DNA from: the human T2T-CHM13v2.0 reference genome, Homo sapiens
Assembly: GCF_009914755.1 (NCBI RefSeq)
Contig: NC_060927.1
Direction: 5' to 3' (one strand)
DNA length: 64,000 nt
Shown here: one piece after another, positions 1 through 11,500 of the stretch
How positions within the stretch are numbered: the stretch's first letter is position 1
How the letters are laid out: each line of letters opens with the position of its first letter
Notes under the pieces: model-generated
Database searches by the model: none
What the model was told of the DNA's origin: nothing
What the model saw: the letters and a program-made list of their open reading frames with translations, nothing else
Made by a program: the position numbers and the translations under genes

Positions 1-2890
1 TGTACTGTCTGAAGGAAGGTTCAACCCTGTGAGTTGAATACACACACACAGAAAAAAATTCACTGAGAATTCTATTGTCTATCATTACCCGAAGAAATCC
101 CGTTTACTACGAAGGCCTCAAAGAGGTCCAAATATCCAGCTGCAGACATTCCAAACTGACTGTTTCCAAAGTGCTCTATGAAAAGAAGTGTTAAACACTG
201 TGAGTTCAATGCACACATCCCAAAGCAGTTTCTGAGAATGATTCCGTCTATTTTTTCTACGAAGATATTTCCTTTTCTACCGTTGGCCTCAAAGCGCTTG
301 AAATCTCCACTTGCAAATTCCACAAAAAGAGAGTTTCAAATCTGCTCTGTCTAAAGGAAGGTTCAACTCTGTGAGTTGAATACACACCACAAAAAGAAGT
401 TACTGAGAATTCTTCTGTCTAGCATTATATGAAAAATCCCGTTTCCAACGAAGGCCACAAAGAGGTCCAAATATCCACTTGCAGATTCTGCAAAAAGAGT
501 GTCTCCAAACTGCTCTATGAAAAGAAACGTTAAACTCTGTGAGTTGAACGCAAACATCACAAAGTAGTTTCTGAGAATGACTCCGTCTAGTTTTTATACG
601 AAGATATTTCCTTTTCTACCGTTGGCCTCAAAGCGCTTGAAGTCTCCCCCTGAAAATTCCACAAAAAGTGTTTCCAATCTGCTCCGCCTAAAGGAAGCTT
701 CAACTCTGTGAGTTGAATACCCACAACACAAAGAAGTTACTGAGAATTCTTCTGTCTAGCATTATATGAAGAAATCCCGTTTCCAACGAAGGACTCAAAT
801 ACATCCAAATATCCAGTGGCTGACTTTACAAACTGAGTGTTTCCAAGCTGCTCTATGAAAGGAAAGGTTAAACACTGTGAGTTGAACACACACGTACCAA
901 AGTAGTTTCTGAGAATGATTCTGTCTAGTTGGCATACGAAGATATTTCCTTTTCTACCATTGGCCTCAATGCTTTGAAATCTCCACTTGCAAATTCCACA
1001 AAAAGAGAGTTTCATATCTGCTGTTTCTAAAGGAAAGTTCAACTCTGAGAGTTGAATACACACCAGAAAAACCAGTTACTGAGAAGTCTTCTGTCTAGCA
1101 TTATATGAAGAAATCCCATTTCCAACGAAGACTTCAAAGAGGTCCAAATATCCACTTCCAGATTCCGCAAAAAGGGTGTTTCGAAACAACTGTATGAAAA
1201 GAAAGGTTAAACACTGTGAGTTGAAGGCACACATTGCAAAGCAGTTTCTGAGAATGATTCCATCTAATTATTATACGAAGGTATTTCCTTTTCTATCATG
1301 GGCCTCAAAGCGCTTGATACCTCCACGTGAACATTCCACAAAAAGAGTGTTTCCAATCTACTCTGTCTAAGGGAACGTTCAACTCTGTGAGTTGAGTACA
1401 CACACACAGAAAGAATTCACTGAGAGTTCTTCTGTCTGGGATTACATGAAGAAATCCCGTTTCCAACGATGGCCTCAAAGAGGTCCAAATATCCACTTGC
1501 AGATTCTGGAAAAAGAGTGTTTCAAAACCGCTCTATGAAAAGGAATGTTGAACTCTGTGAGTTGAATGCAAACATCACAACTCAGTTTCTGAGAATGCTT
1601 CTGACTAGATTTTATGGTCAGATATTTCCTTTTCTACCGTAGGCCTCAATGCCCTCTAAATACACCCTTGCAAATTCTACAAAGAGACTGTTTAATAACT
1701 GCTCTATAGGAAGAAAGGTTGAACTCTGTGAGTTGAATGCAGAGATCACAACGTGGTTTTGGCGAATGATTCTTTGCAGTTTTTACATGAAGATAATTCG
1801 TTGTCTACCGTAGGCTTCAAAGCACTCAAAGTATTCACTTGGAACTTTTACAAAAAGAGTGTTAGAAAACTGCTCTTTCCGAAGTAAGGTTCAACTCTGT
1901 GAGTTGAATGCACACATAACAAACAAGAAGTTTCTGAGAATTCTTCTGTCCTGGTTTATATGAAAAAATCCCGTTTCCAACGAAGGCCTCAAAGACGTTT
2001 AAATATCCTCTTGCAGACTTCACAAACAGAGTGTTTCCAAACTGCTCTATGAAAAGAAAGGTTAAACTCTGTGAGTTGAACGCACACATCACAAAGTAGT
2101 TTCTGAGAATGATACTGTCTAGTTTTTATACGGAGATATTTCCTTTCCTACCATTGGCGTCAAAGCGCTAGAATTCTCCACTTGCAAATTCCACAAAAAG
2201 TGGGTTTCCAATCTGCTCTGCCTAAAGGAAGGTTCAACTCTGTGAGTTGAATACACACACACAAAGAAGCTACTGAGAATTCTTTTGTCAAGAATTATAA
2301 GAAGAAATCCCGTTTCCAACGAAGGCCTCAAAGAGTTCCAAATATCCACTTGCACACTGTACAAACTAAGTCTTTCCAAACTGCTCTATGCAAAGAAATG
2401 TTCAACTCTGTGAGTTTAATGCACACATCACAAAGCAGTTTCTGAGAATGATTCCGTCTAGTTTTTATACGAAGATAGCCTTTTCTACCATTGGCCTCAA
2501 GGCTCTTGGAATCTCCACCTGAAAATTCCGCAAAAAGCGTGTTTCCAATCCGCTCTGTCTAAAGGAAGGTTCAACTCTCTGAGTTGAATACATACATCCC
2601 AAAAGAAGTTACTGAGAATTCTTCTGTCTAGCATTATGTGAAGAAATCCCGTTTCCAACGAAAGCCTCAAAGAGGTCCAAATATCCAGTTGCAGAATTTA
2701 CAAACTGACTGTTTCCAAACTCATCTATGAAAAGAAAGGTTAAACTCTGTGAGTTGAATGCACATATCACAAAGTAGTTCCTGAGAGTGATTCTGTCTAG
2801 TTTTTATACGAAGATATTTCCTTTTCCACCAATGGCCTCAAAGTGCTTGAAATCTCCCCTGGCAAATTCCACAGAAAAGTGTTTCAAATC
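1..2890 (-). repeat. HOR copy U1, divergent haplotype of the 17-mer
   Basis: Same length and monomer order as the other copies, but about 55-57 substitutions against the majority sequence (by-eye comparison), e.g. at 365, 758, 808, 938, 1126, 1231, 1244, 1252, 1537, 1942, 2150, 2615, 2669. Confidence 0.92.
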
Positions 2891-2987
2891 TGCACTGTCT
2901 AAAGGAAGGTTCAACCCTGTGAGTTGAATACACACACACAGAAAAAAATTCACTGAGAATTCTATTGTCTATCATTACACGAAGAAA

Positions 2988-3004
2988 TCCCGTTTACTAC
3001 GAAG
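2988..3004 (-). promoter_or_regulatory. CENP-B box 1 of HOR (variant CTTCGTAGTAAACGGGA, core intact); recurs every 2,890 bp
   Basis: Plus strand tcccgtttactacgaag; the reverse complement still fits the core NTTCGNNNNANNCGGGN. Confidence 0.85.
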
Positions 3005-3326
3005 GCCTCAAAGAGGTCCAAATATCCAGCTGCAGACATTACAAACTGAGTGTTTCCAAAGTGCTCTATGAAAAGAAGTGTTAAACACTGTGAGTTCAAT
3101 GCACACATCCCAAAGCAGTTTCTGAGAATGATTCCGTCTATTTTTTCTACGAAGATATTTCCTTTTCTACCGTTGGCCTCAAAGCGCTTGAAATCTCCAC
3201 TTGCAAATTCCACAAAAAGAGAGTTTCAAATCTGCTCTGTCTAAAGGAAGGTTCCACTCTGTGAGTTGAATACACACCACAAAAAGAAGTTACTGAGAAT
3301 TCTTCTGTCTAGCATTATATGAAAAA

Positions 3327-3343
3327 TCCCGTTTCCAACGAAG
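3327..3343 (-). promoter_or_regulatory. CENP-B box 2 (canonical CTTCGTTGGAAACGGGA); recurs per HOR
   Basis: Plus strand tcccgtttccaacgaag. Confidence 0.95.
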
Positions 3344-3664
3344 GCCACAAAGAGGTCCAAATATCCACTTGCAGATTCTGCAAAAAGAGTGTTTCCAAAC
3401 TGCTCTATGAAAAGAAACGTTAAACTCTGTGAGTTGAACGCAAACATCACAAAGTAGTTTCTGAGAATGACTCCGTCTAGTTTTTATACGAAGATATTTC
3501 CTTTTCTACCGTTGGCCTCAAAGCGCTTGAAGTCTCCCCCTGAAAATTCCACAAAAAGTGTTTCCAATCTGCTCCGCCTAAAGGAAGCTTCAACTCTGTG
3601 AGTTGAATACCCACAACACAAAGAAGTTACTGAGAATTCTTCTGTCTCGCATTATATGAAGAAA

Positions 3665-3681
3665 TCCCGTTTCCAACGAAG
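3665..3681 (-). promoter_or_regulatory. CENP-B box 3 (canonical); recurs per HOR
   Basis: Plus strand tcccgtttccaacgaag. Confidence 0.95.
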
Positions 3682-4003
3682 GCCTCAAATACATCCACAT
3701 ATCCAGTTGCTGACTTTACAAACTGAGTGTTTCCAAACTGCTCTATGAAAAGAAAGGTTAAACACTGTGAGTTGAACACACACGTACCAAAGTAGTTTCT
3801 GAGAATGATTCTGTCTAGTTTGCATACAAAGATATTTCCTTTTCTACCACTGGCCTCAAAGCTTTGAAATCTCCACTTGCAAATTCCACAAAAAGAGAGT
3901 TTCAAATCTGCTGTTTCTAAAGGAAAGTTCAACTCTGAGAGTTGAATACACACCAGAAAAAGCAGTTACTGAGAAGTCTTCTGTCTAGCATTATATGAAG
4001 AAA

Positions 4004-4020
4004 TCCCATTTCCAAAGAAG
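4004..4020 (-). other. Degenerate CENP-B box 4 (both CpGs lost); recurs per HOR
   Basis: Plus strand tcccatttccaaagaag = CTTCTTTGGAAATGGGA; both the TTCG and CGGG core elements are broken. Confidence 0.9.
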
Positions 4021-4344
4021 ACTTCAAACAGGTCCAAATATCCACTTGCAGATTCTGCAAAAAGAGTGTTTCGAAACAACTGTATGAAAAGAAAGGTTAA
4101 ACACTGTGAGTTGAACGCACCCATTGCAAAGCATTTTCTGACAATGATTCCGTCTAATTATTATACGAAGGTATTTCCTTTTCTATCATGGGCCTCAAAG
4201 CGCTTGATACCTCCACCTGAAAATTCCACAAAAAGAGTGTTTCCAATCTACTCTGTCTAAAGGAACGTTCAACTCTGTGAGTTGAATACACACACACAGA
4301 AAGAATTCACTGAGAATTCTTCTGTCTGGCATTACATGAAGAAA

Positions 4345-4361
4345 TCCCGTTTCCAACGAAG
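4345..4361 (-). promoter_or_regulatory. CENP-B box 5 (canonical); recurs per HOR
   Basis: Plus strand tcccgtttccaacgaag. Confidence 0.95.
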
Positions 4362-4858
4362 GCCTCAAAGAGGTCCAAATATCCACTTGCAGATTCTGCA
4401 AAAAGAGTGTTTCAAAACCGCTCTATTAAAAGGAATGTTGAACTCTGTGAGTTGAATGCAAACATCACAACTCAGTTTCTGAGAATGCTTCTGACTAGTT
4501 TTTATGGTAAGATATTTCCTTTTCTACCGTAGGCTTCAATGCCCTCTAAATACACCCTTGCAAATTCTACAAAGAGACTGTTTAATAACTGCTCTATAGG
4601 AAGAAAGGTTGAACTCTGTGAGTTGAATGCAGAGATCACAACGTGGTTTCTGCGAAAGATTCTTTGTAGTTTTTACATGAAGATATTTCGTTGTCTACCG
4701 TAGGCTTCAAATCACTCAAAGTATTCACTTGGAACTTTTACAAAAAGAGTGTTAGAAAACTGCTCTTTCCAAAGTAAGGTTCAACTCTGTGAGTTGAATG
4801 CACACATAACAAACAAGAAGTTTCTGAGAATCCTTCTGTCCTGGTTTATATGAAAAAA
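4362..4858 (-). repeat. Two consecutive A-type (box-less, pJalpha-like) monomers that break the dimer periodicity once per HOR
   Basis: Box spacings are 339, 338, 339, 341, 514, 339, 339, 341 (sum 2,890), i.e. 7 dimers plus 1 trimer = 17 monomers. The box-equivalent positions read gatatttccttttctaccgtagg and gatatttcgttgtctaccgtagg. Confidence 0.88.
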
Positions 4859-4875
4859 TCCCGTTTCCAACGAAG
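4859..4875 (-). promoter_or_regulatory. CENP-B box 6 (canonical); recurs per HOR
   Basis: Plus strand tcccgtttccaacgaag, 514 bp after box 5. Confidence 0.95.
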
Positions 4876-5197
4876 GCCTCAAAGACGTTTAAATATCCAC
4901 TTGCAGACTTCACAAACAGAGTGTTTCCAAACTGCTCTATGAAAAGAAAGGTTAAACTCTGTGAGTTGAACGCACACATCACAAAGTAGTTTCTGAGAAT
5001 GATACTGTCTAGTTTTTATACGGAGATATTTCCTTTCCTTCCATTGGCGTCAAAGCGCTAGAATTCTCCACTTGCAAATTCCACAAAAAGAGTGTTTCCA
5101 ATCTGCTCTGACTAAAGGAAGGTTCAACTCTGTGAGTTGAATACACACACACAAAGAAGCTACTGAGAATTCTTTTGTCAAGAATTATAAGAAGAAA

Positions 5198-5214
5198 TCC
5201 CGTTTCCAACGAAG
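5198..5214 (-). promoter_or_regulatory. CENP-B box 7 (canonical); recurs per HOR
   Basis: Plus strand tcccgtttccaacgaag. Confidence 0.95.
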
Positions 5215-5536
5215 GCCTCAAAGAGTTCCAAATATCCACTTGCACACTGTACAAACTAAGTCTTTCCAAACTGCTCCATGCAAAGAAATGTTCAACTCTG
5301 TGAGTTTAATGCACACATCACAAAGCAGTTTCTGAGAATGATTCCGTCTAGTTTTTATACGAAGATAGCCTTTTCTACCATTGGCCTCAAGGCTCTTGAA
5401 ATCTCCACCTGAAAATTCCGCAAAAAGCGTGTTTCCAATCCGCTCTGTCTAAAGGAAGGTTCAACTCTCTGAGTTGAATACATACATCCCAAAAGAAGTT
5501 ACTGTGAATTCTTCTGTCTAGCATTATGTGAAGAAA

Positions 5537-5553
5537 TCCCGTTTCCAACGAAA
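5537..5553 (-). promoter_or_regulatory. CENP-B box 8 (TTTCGTTGGAAACGGGA, core intact); recurs per HOR
   Basis: Plus strand tcccgtttccaacgaaa. Confidence 0.93.
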
Positions 5554-8500
5554 GCCTCCAAGAGGTCCAAATATCCAGTTGCAGAATTTACAAACTGACT
5601 GTCTCCAAACTCATCTATGAAAAGAAAGGTTAAACTCTGTGAGTTGAATGCACATATCACAAAGTAGTTCCTGAGAGTGATTCTGTCTAGTTTTTATACG
5701 AAGATATTTCCTTTTCCACCAATGGCCTCAAAGTGCTTGAAATCTCCCCTGGCAAATTCCACAGAAAAGTGTTTCAAATCTGCACTGTCTAAAGGAAGGT
5801 TCAACCCTGTGAGTTGAATACACACACACAGAAAAAAATTCACTGAGAATTCTATTGTCTATCATTACACGAAGAAATCCCGTTTACTACGAAGGCCTCA
5901 AAGAGGTCCAAATATCCAGCTGCAGACATTACAAACTGAGTGTTTCCAAAGTGCTCTATGAAAAGAAGTGTTAAACACTGTGAGTTCAATGCACACATCC
6001 CAAAGCAGTTTCTGAGAATGATTCCGTCTATTTTTTCTACGAAGATATTTCCTTTTCTACCGTTGGCCTCAAAGCGCTTGAAATCTCCACTTGCAAATTC
6101 CACAAAAAGAGAGTTTCAAATCTGCTCTGTCTAAAGGAAGGTTCCACTCTGTGAGTTGAATACACACCACAAAAAGAAGTTACTGAGAATTCTTCTGTCT
6201 AGCATTATATGAAAAATCCCGTTTCCAACGAAGGCCACAAAGAGGTCCAAATATCCACTTGCAGATTCTGCAAAAAGAGTGTTTCCAAACTGCTCTATGA
6301 AAAGAAACGTTAAACTCTGTGAGTTGAACGCAAACATCACAAAGTAGTTTCTGAGAATGACTCCGTCTAGTTTTTATACGAAGATATTTCCTTTTCTACC
6401 GTTGGCCTCAAAGCGCTTGAAGTCTCCCCCTGAAAATTCCACAAAAAGTGTTTCCAATCTGCTCCGCCTAAAGGAAGCTTCAACTCTGTGAGTTGAATAC
6501 CCACAACACAAAGAAGTTACTGAGAATTCTTCTGTCTCGCATTATATGAAGAAATCCCGTTTCCAACGAAGGCCTCAAATACATCCACATATCCAGTTGC
6601 TGACTTTACAAACTGAGTGTTTCCAAACTGCTCTATGAAAAGAAAGGTTAAACACTGTGAGTTGAACACACACGTACCAAAGTAGTTTCTGAGAATGATT
6701 CTGTCTAGTTTGCATACAAAGATATTTCCTTTTCTACCACTGGCCTCAAAGCTTTGAAATCTCCACTTGCAAATTCCACAAAAAGAGAGTTTCAAATCTG
6801 CTGTTTCTAAAGGAAAGTTCAACTCTGAGAGTTGAATACACACCAGAAAAAGCAGTTACTGAGAAGTCTTCTGTCTAGCATTATATGAAGAAATCCCATT
6901 TCCAAAGAAGACTTCAAACAGGTCCAAATATCCACTTGCAGATTCTGCAAAAAGAGTGTTTCGAAACAACTGTATGAAAAGAAAGATTAAACACTGTGAG
7001 TTGAACGCACCCATTGCAAAGCATTTTCTGACAATGATTCCGTCTAATTATTATACGAAGGTATTTCCTTTTCTATCATGAGCCTCAAAGCGCTTGATAC
7101 CTCCACCTGAAAATTCCACAAAAAGAGTGTTTCCAATCTACTCTGTCTAAAGGAACGTTCAACTCTGTGAGTTGAATACACACACACAGAAAGAATTCAC
7201 TGAGAATTCTTCTGTCTGGCATTACATGAAGAAATCCCGTTTCCAACGAAGGCCTCAAAGAGGTCCAAATATCCACTTGCAGATTCTGCAAAAAGAGTGT
7301 TTCAAAACCGCTCTATTAAAAGGAATGTTGAACTCTGTGAGTTGAATGCAAACATCACAACTCAGTTGCTGAGAATGCTTCTGACTAGATTTTATGGTAA
7401 GATATTTCCTTTTCTACCGTAGGCTTCAATGCCCTCTAAATACACCCTTGCAAATTCTACAAAGAGACTGTTTAATAACTGCTCTATAGGAAGAAAGGTT
7501 GAACTCTGTGAGTTGAATGCAGAGATCACAACGTGGTTTCTGCGAATGATTCTTTGTAGTTTTTACATGAAGATATTTCGTTGTCTACCGTAGGCTTCAA
7601 AGCACTCAAAGTATTCACTTGGAACTTTTACAAAAAGAGTGTTAGAAAACTGCTCTTTCCAAAGTAAGGTTCAACTCTGTGAGTTGAATGCACACATAAC
7701 AAACAAGAAGTTTCTGAGAATCCTTCTGTCCTGGTTTATATGAAAAAATCCCGTTTCCAACGAAGGCCTCAAAGACGTTTAAATATCCACTTGCAGACTT
7801 CACAAACAGAGTGTTTCCAAACTGCTCTATGAAAAGAAAGGTTAAACTCTGTGAGTTGAACGCACACATCACAAAGTAGTTTCTGAGAATGATACCGTCT
7901 AGTTTTTATACGGAGATATTTCCTTTCCTTCCATTGGCGTCAAAGCGCTAGAATTCTCCACTTGCAAATTCCACAAAAAGAGTGTTTCCAATCTGCTCTG
8001 ACTAAAGGAAGGTTCAACTCTGTGAGTTGAATACACACACACAAAGAAGCTACTGAGAATTCTTTTGTCAAGAATTATAAGAAGAAATCCCGTTTCCAAC
8101 GAAGGCCTCAAAGAGTTCCAAATATCCACTTGCACACTGTACAAACTAAGTCTTTCCAAACTGCTCCATGCAAAGAAATGTTCAACTCTGTGAGTTTAAT
8201 GCACACATCACAAAGCAGTTTCTGAGAATGATTCCGTCTAGTTTTTATACGAAGATAGCCTTTTCTACCATTGGCCTCAAGGCTCTTGAAATCTCCACCT
8301 GAAAATTCCGCAAAAAGCGTGTTTCCAATGCGCTCTGTCTAAAGGAAAGTTCAACTCTCTGGGTTGAATACATACATCCCAAAAGAAGTTACTGTGAATT
8401 CTTCTGTCTAGCATTATGTGAAGAAATCCCGTTTCCAACGAAAGCCTCCAAGAGGTCCAAATATCCAGTTGCAGAATTTACAAACTGACTGTCTCCAAAC

Positions 8501-11500
8501 TCATCTATGAAAAGAAAGGTTAAACTCTGTGAGTTGAATGCACATATCACAAAGTAGTTCCTGAGAGTGATTCTGTCTAGTTTTTATACGAAGATATTTC
8601 CTTTTCCACCAATGGCCTCAAAGTGCTTGAAATCTCCCCTGGCAAATTCCACAGAAAAGTGTTTCAAATCTGCACTGTCTAAAGGAAGGTTCAACCCTGT
8701 GAGTTGAATACACACACACAGAAAAAAATTCACTGAGAATTCTATTGTCTATCATTACACGAAGAAATCCCGTTTACTACGAAGGCCTCAAAGAGGTCCA
8801 AATATCCAGCTGCAGACATTACAAACTGAGTGTTTCCAAAGTGCTCTATGAAAAGAAGTGTTAAACACTGTGAGTTCAATGCACACATCCCAAAGCAGTT
8901 TCTGAGAATGATTCCGTCTATTTTTTCTACGAAGATATTTCCTTTTCTACCGTTGGCCTCAAAGCGCTTGAAATCTCCACTTGCAAATTCCACAAAAAGA
9001 GAGTTTCAAATCTGCTCTGTCTAAAGGAAGGTTCCACTCTGTGAGTTGAATACACACCACAAAAAGAAGTTACTGAGAATTCTTCTGTCTAGCATTATAT
9101 GAAAAATCCCGTTTCCAACGAAGGCCACAAAGAGGTCCAAATATCCACTTGCAGATTCTGCAAAAAGAGTGTTTCCAAACTGCTCTATGAAAAGAAACGT
9201 TAAACTCTGTGAGTTGAACGCAAACATCACAAAGTAGTTTCTGAGAATGACTCCGTCTAGTTTTTATACGAAGATATTTCCTTTTCTACCGTTGGCCTCA
9301 AAGCGCTTGAAGTCTCCCCCTGAAAATTCCACGAAAAGTGTTTCCAATCTGCTCCGCCTAAAGGAAGCTTCAACTCTGTGAGTTGAATACCCACAACACA
9401 AAGAAGTTACTGAGAATTCTTCTGTCTCGCATTATAGGAAGAAATCCCGTTTCCAACGAAGGCCTCAAATACATCCACATATCCAGTTGCTGACTTTACA
9501 AACTGAGTGTTTCCAAACTGCTCTATGAAAAGAAAGGTTAAACACTGTGAGTTGAACACACACGTACCAAAGTAGTTTCTGAGAATGATTCTGTCTAGTT
9601 TGCATACAAAGATATTTCCTTTTCTACCACTGGCCTCAAAGCTTTGAAATCTCCACTTGCAAATTCCACAAAAAGAGAGTTTCAAATCTGCTGTTTCTAA
9701 AGGAAAGTTCAACTCTGAGAGTTGAATACACACCAGAAAAAGCAGTTACTGAGAAGTCTTCTGTCTAGCATTATATGAAGAAATCCCATTTCCAAAGAAG
9801 ACTTCAAACAGGTCCAAATATCCACTTGCAGATTCTGCAAAAAGAGTGTTTCGAAACAACTGTATGAAAAGAAAGGTTAAACACTGTGAGTTGAACGCAC
9901 CCATTGCAAAGCATTTTCTGACAATGATTCCGTCTAATTATTATACGAAGGTATTTCCTTTTCTATCATGGGCCTCAAAGCGCTTGATACCTCCACCTGA
10001 AAATTCCACAAAAAGAGTGTTTCCAATCTACTCTGTCTAAAGGAACGTTCAACTCTGTGAGTTGAATACACACACACAGAAAGAATTCACTGAGAATTCT
10101 TCTGTCTGGCATTACATGAAGAAATCCCGTTTCCAACGAAGGCCTCAAAGAGGTCCAAATATCCACTTGCAGATTCTGCAAAAAGAGTGTTTCAAAACCG
10201 CTCTATTAAAAGGAATGTTGAACTCTGTGAGTTGAATGCAAACATCACAACTCAGTTTCTGAGAATGCTTCTGACTAGATTTTATGGTAAGATATTTCCT
10301 TTTCTACCGTAGGCTTCAATGCCCTCTAAATACACCCTTGCAAATTCTACAAAGAGACTGTTTAATAACTGCTCTATAGGAAGAAAGGTTGAACTCTGTG
10401 AGTTGAATGCAGAGATCACAACGTGGTTTCTGCGAATGATTCTTTGTAGTTTTTACATGAAGATATTTCGTTGTCTACCGTAGGCTTCAAAGCACTCAAA
10501 GTATTCACTTGGAACTTTTACAAAAAGAGTGTTAGAAAACTGCTCTTTCCAAAGTAAGGTTCAACTCTGTGAGTTGAATGCACACATAACAAACAAGAAG
10601 TTTCTGAGAATCCTTCTGTCCTGGTTTATATGAAAAAATCCCGTTTCCAACGAAGGCCTCAAAGACGTTTAAATATCCACTTGCAGACTTCACAAACAGA
10701 GTGTTTCCAAACTGCTCTATGAAAAGAAAGGTTAAACTCTGTGAGTTGAACGCACACATCACAAAGTAGTTTCTGAGAATGATACCGTCTAGTTTTTATA
10801 CGGAGATATTTCCTTTCCTTCCATTGGCGTCAAAGCGCTAGAATTCTCCACTTGCAAATTCCACAAAAAGAGTGTTTCCAATCTGCTCTGTCTAAAGGAA
10901 GGTTCAACTCTGTGAGTTGAATACACACACACAAAGAAGCTACTGAGAATTCTTTTGTCAAGAATTGTAAGAAGAAATCCCGTTTCCAACGAAGGCCTCA
11001 AAGAGTTCCAAATATCCACTTGCACACTGTACAAACTAAGTCTTTCCAAACTGCTCTATGCAAAGAAATGTTCAACTCTGTGAGTTTAATGCACACATCA
11101 CAAAGCAGTTTCTGAGAATGATTCCGTCTAGTTTTTATACGAAGATAGCCTTTTCTACCATTGGCCTCAAGGCTCTTGAAATCTCCACCTGAAAATTCCG
11201 CAAAAAGCGTGTTTCCAATCCGCTCTGTCTAAAGGAAGGTTCAACTCTCTGAGTTGAATACAAACATCCCAAAAGAAGTTACTGCGAATTCTTCTGTCTA
11301 GCATTATGTGAAGAAATCCCGTTTCCAACGAAAGCCTCCAAGAGGTCCAAATATCCAGTTGCAGAATTTACAAACTGACTGTTTCCAAACTCATCTATGA
11401 AAAGAAAGGTTAAACTCTGTGAGTTGAATGCACATATCACAAAGTAGTTCCTGAGAATGATTCTGTCTAGTTTTTATACGAAGATATTTTCTTTTCCACC

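Noticed and set aside
40-50. Short (AC)n run (acacacacaca), also near offsets 1400 and 2255
   Set aside because: It is an intrinsic part of the monomers and does not change length between copies; it is not an independent microsatellite.
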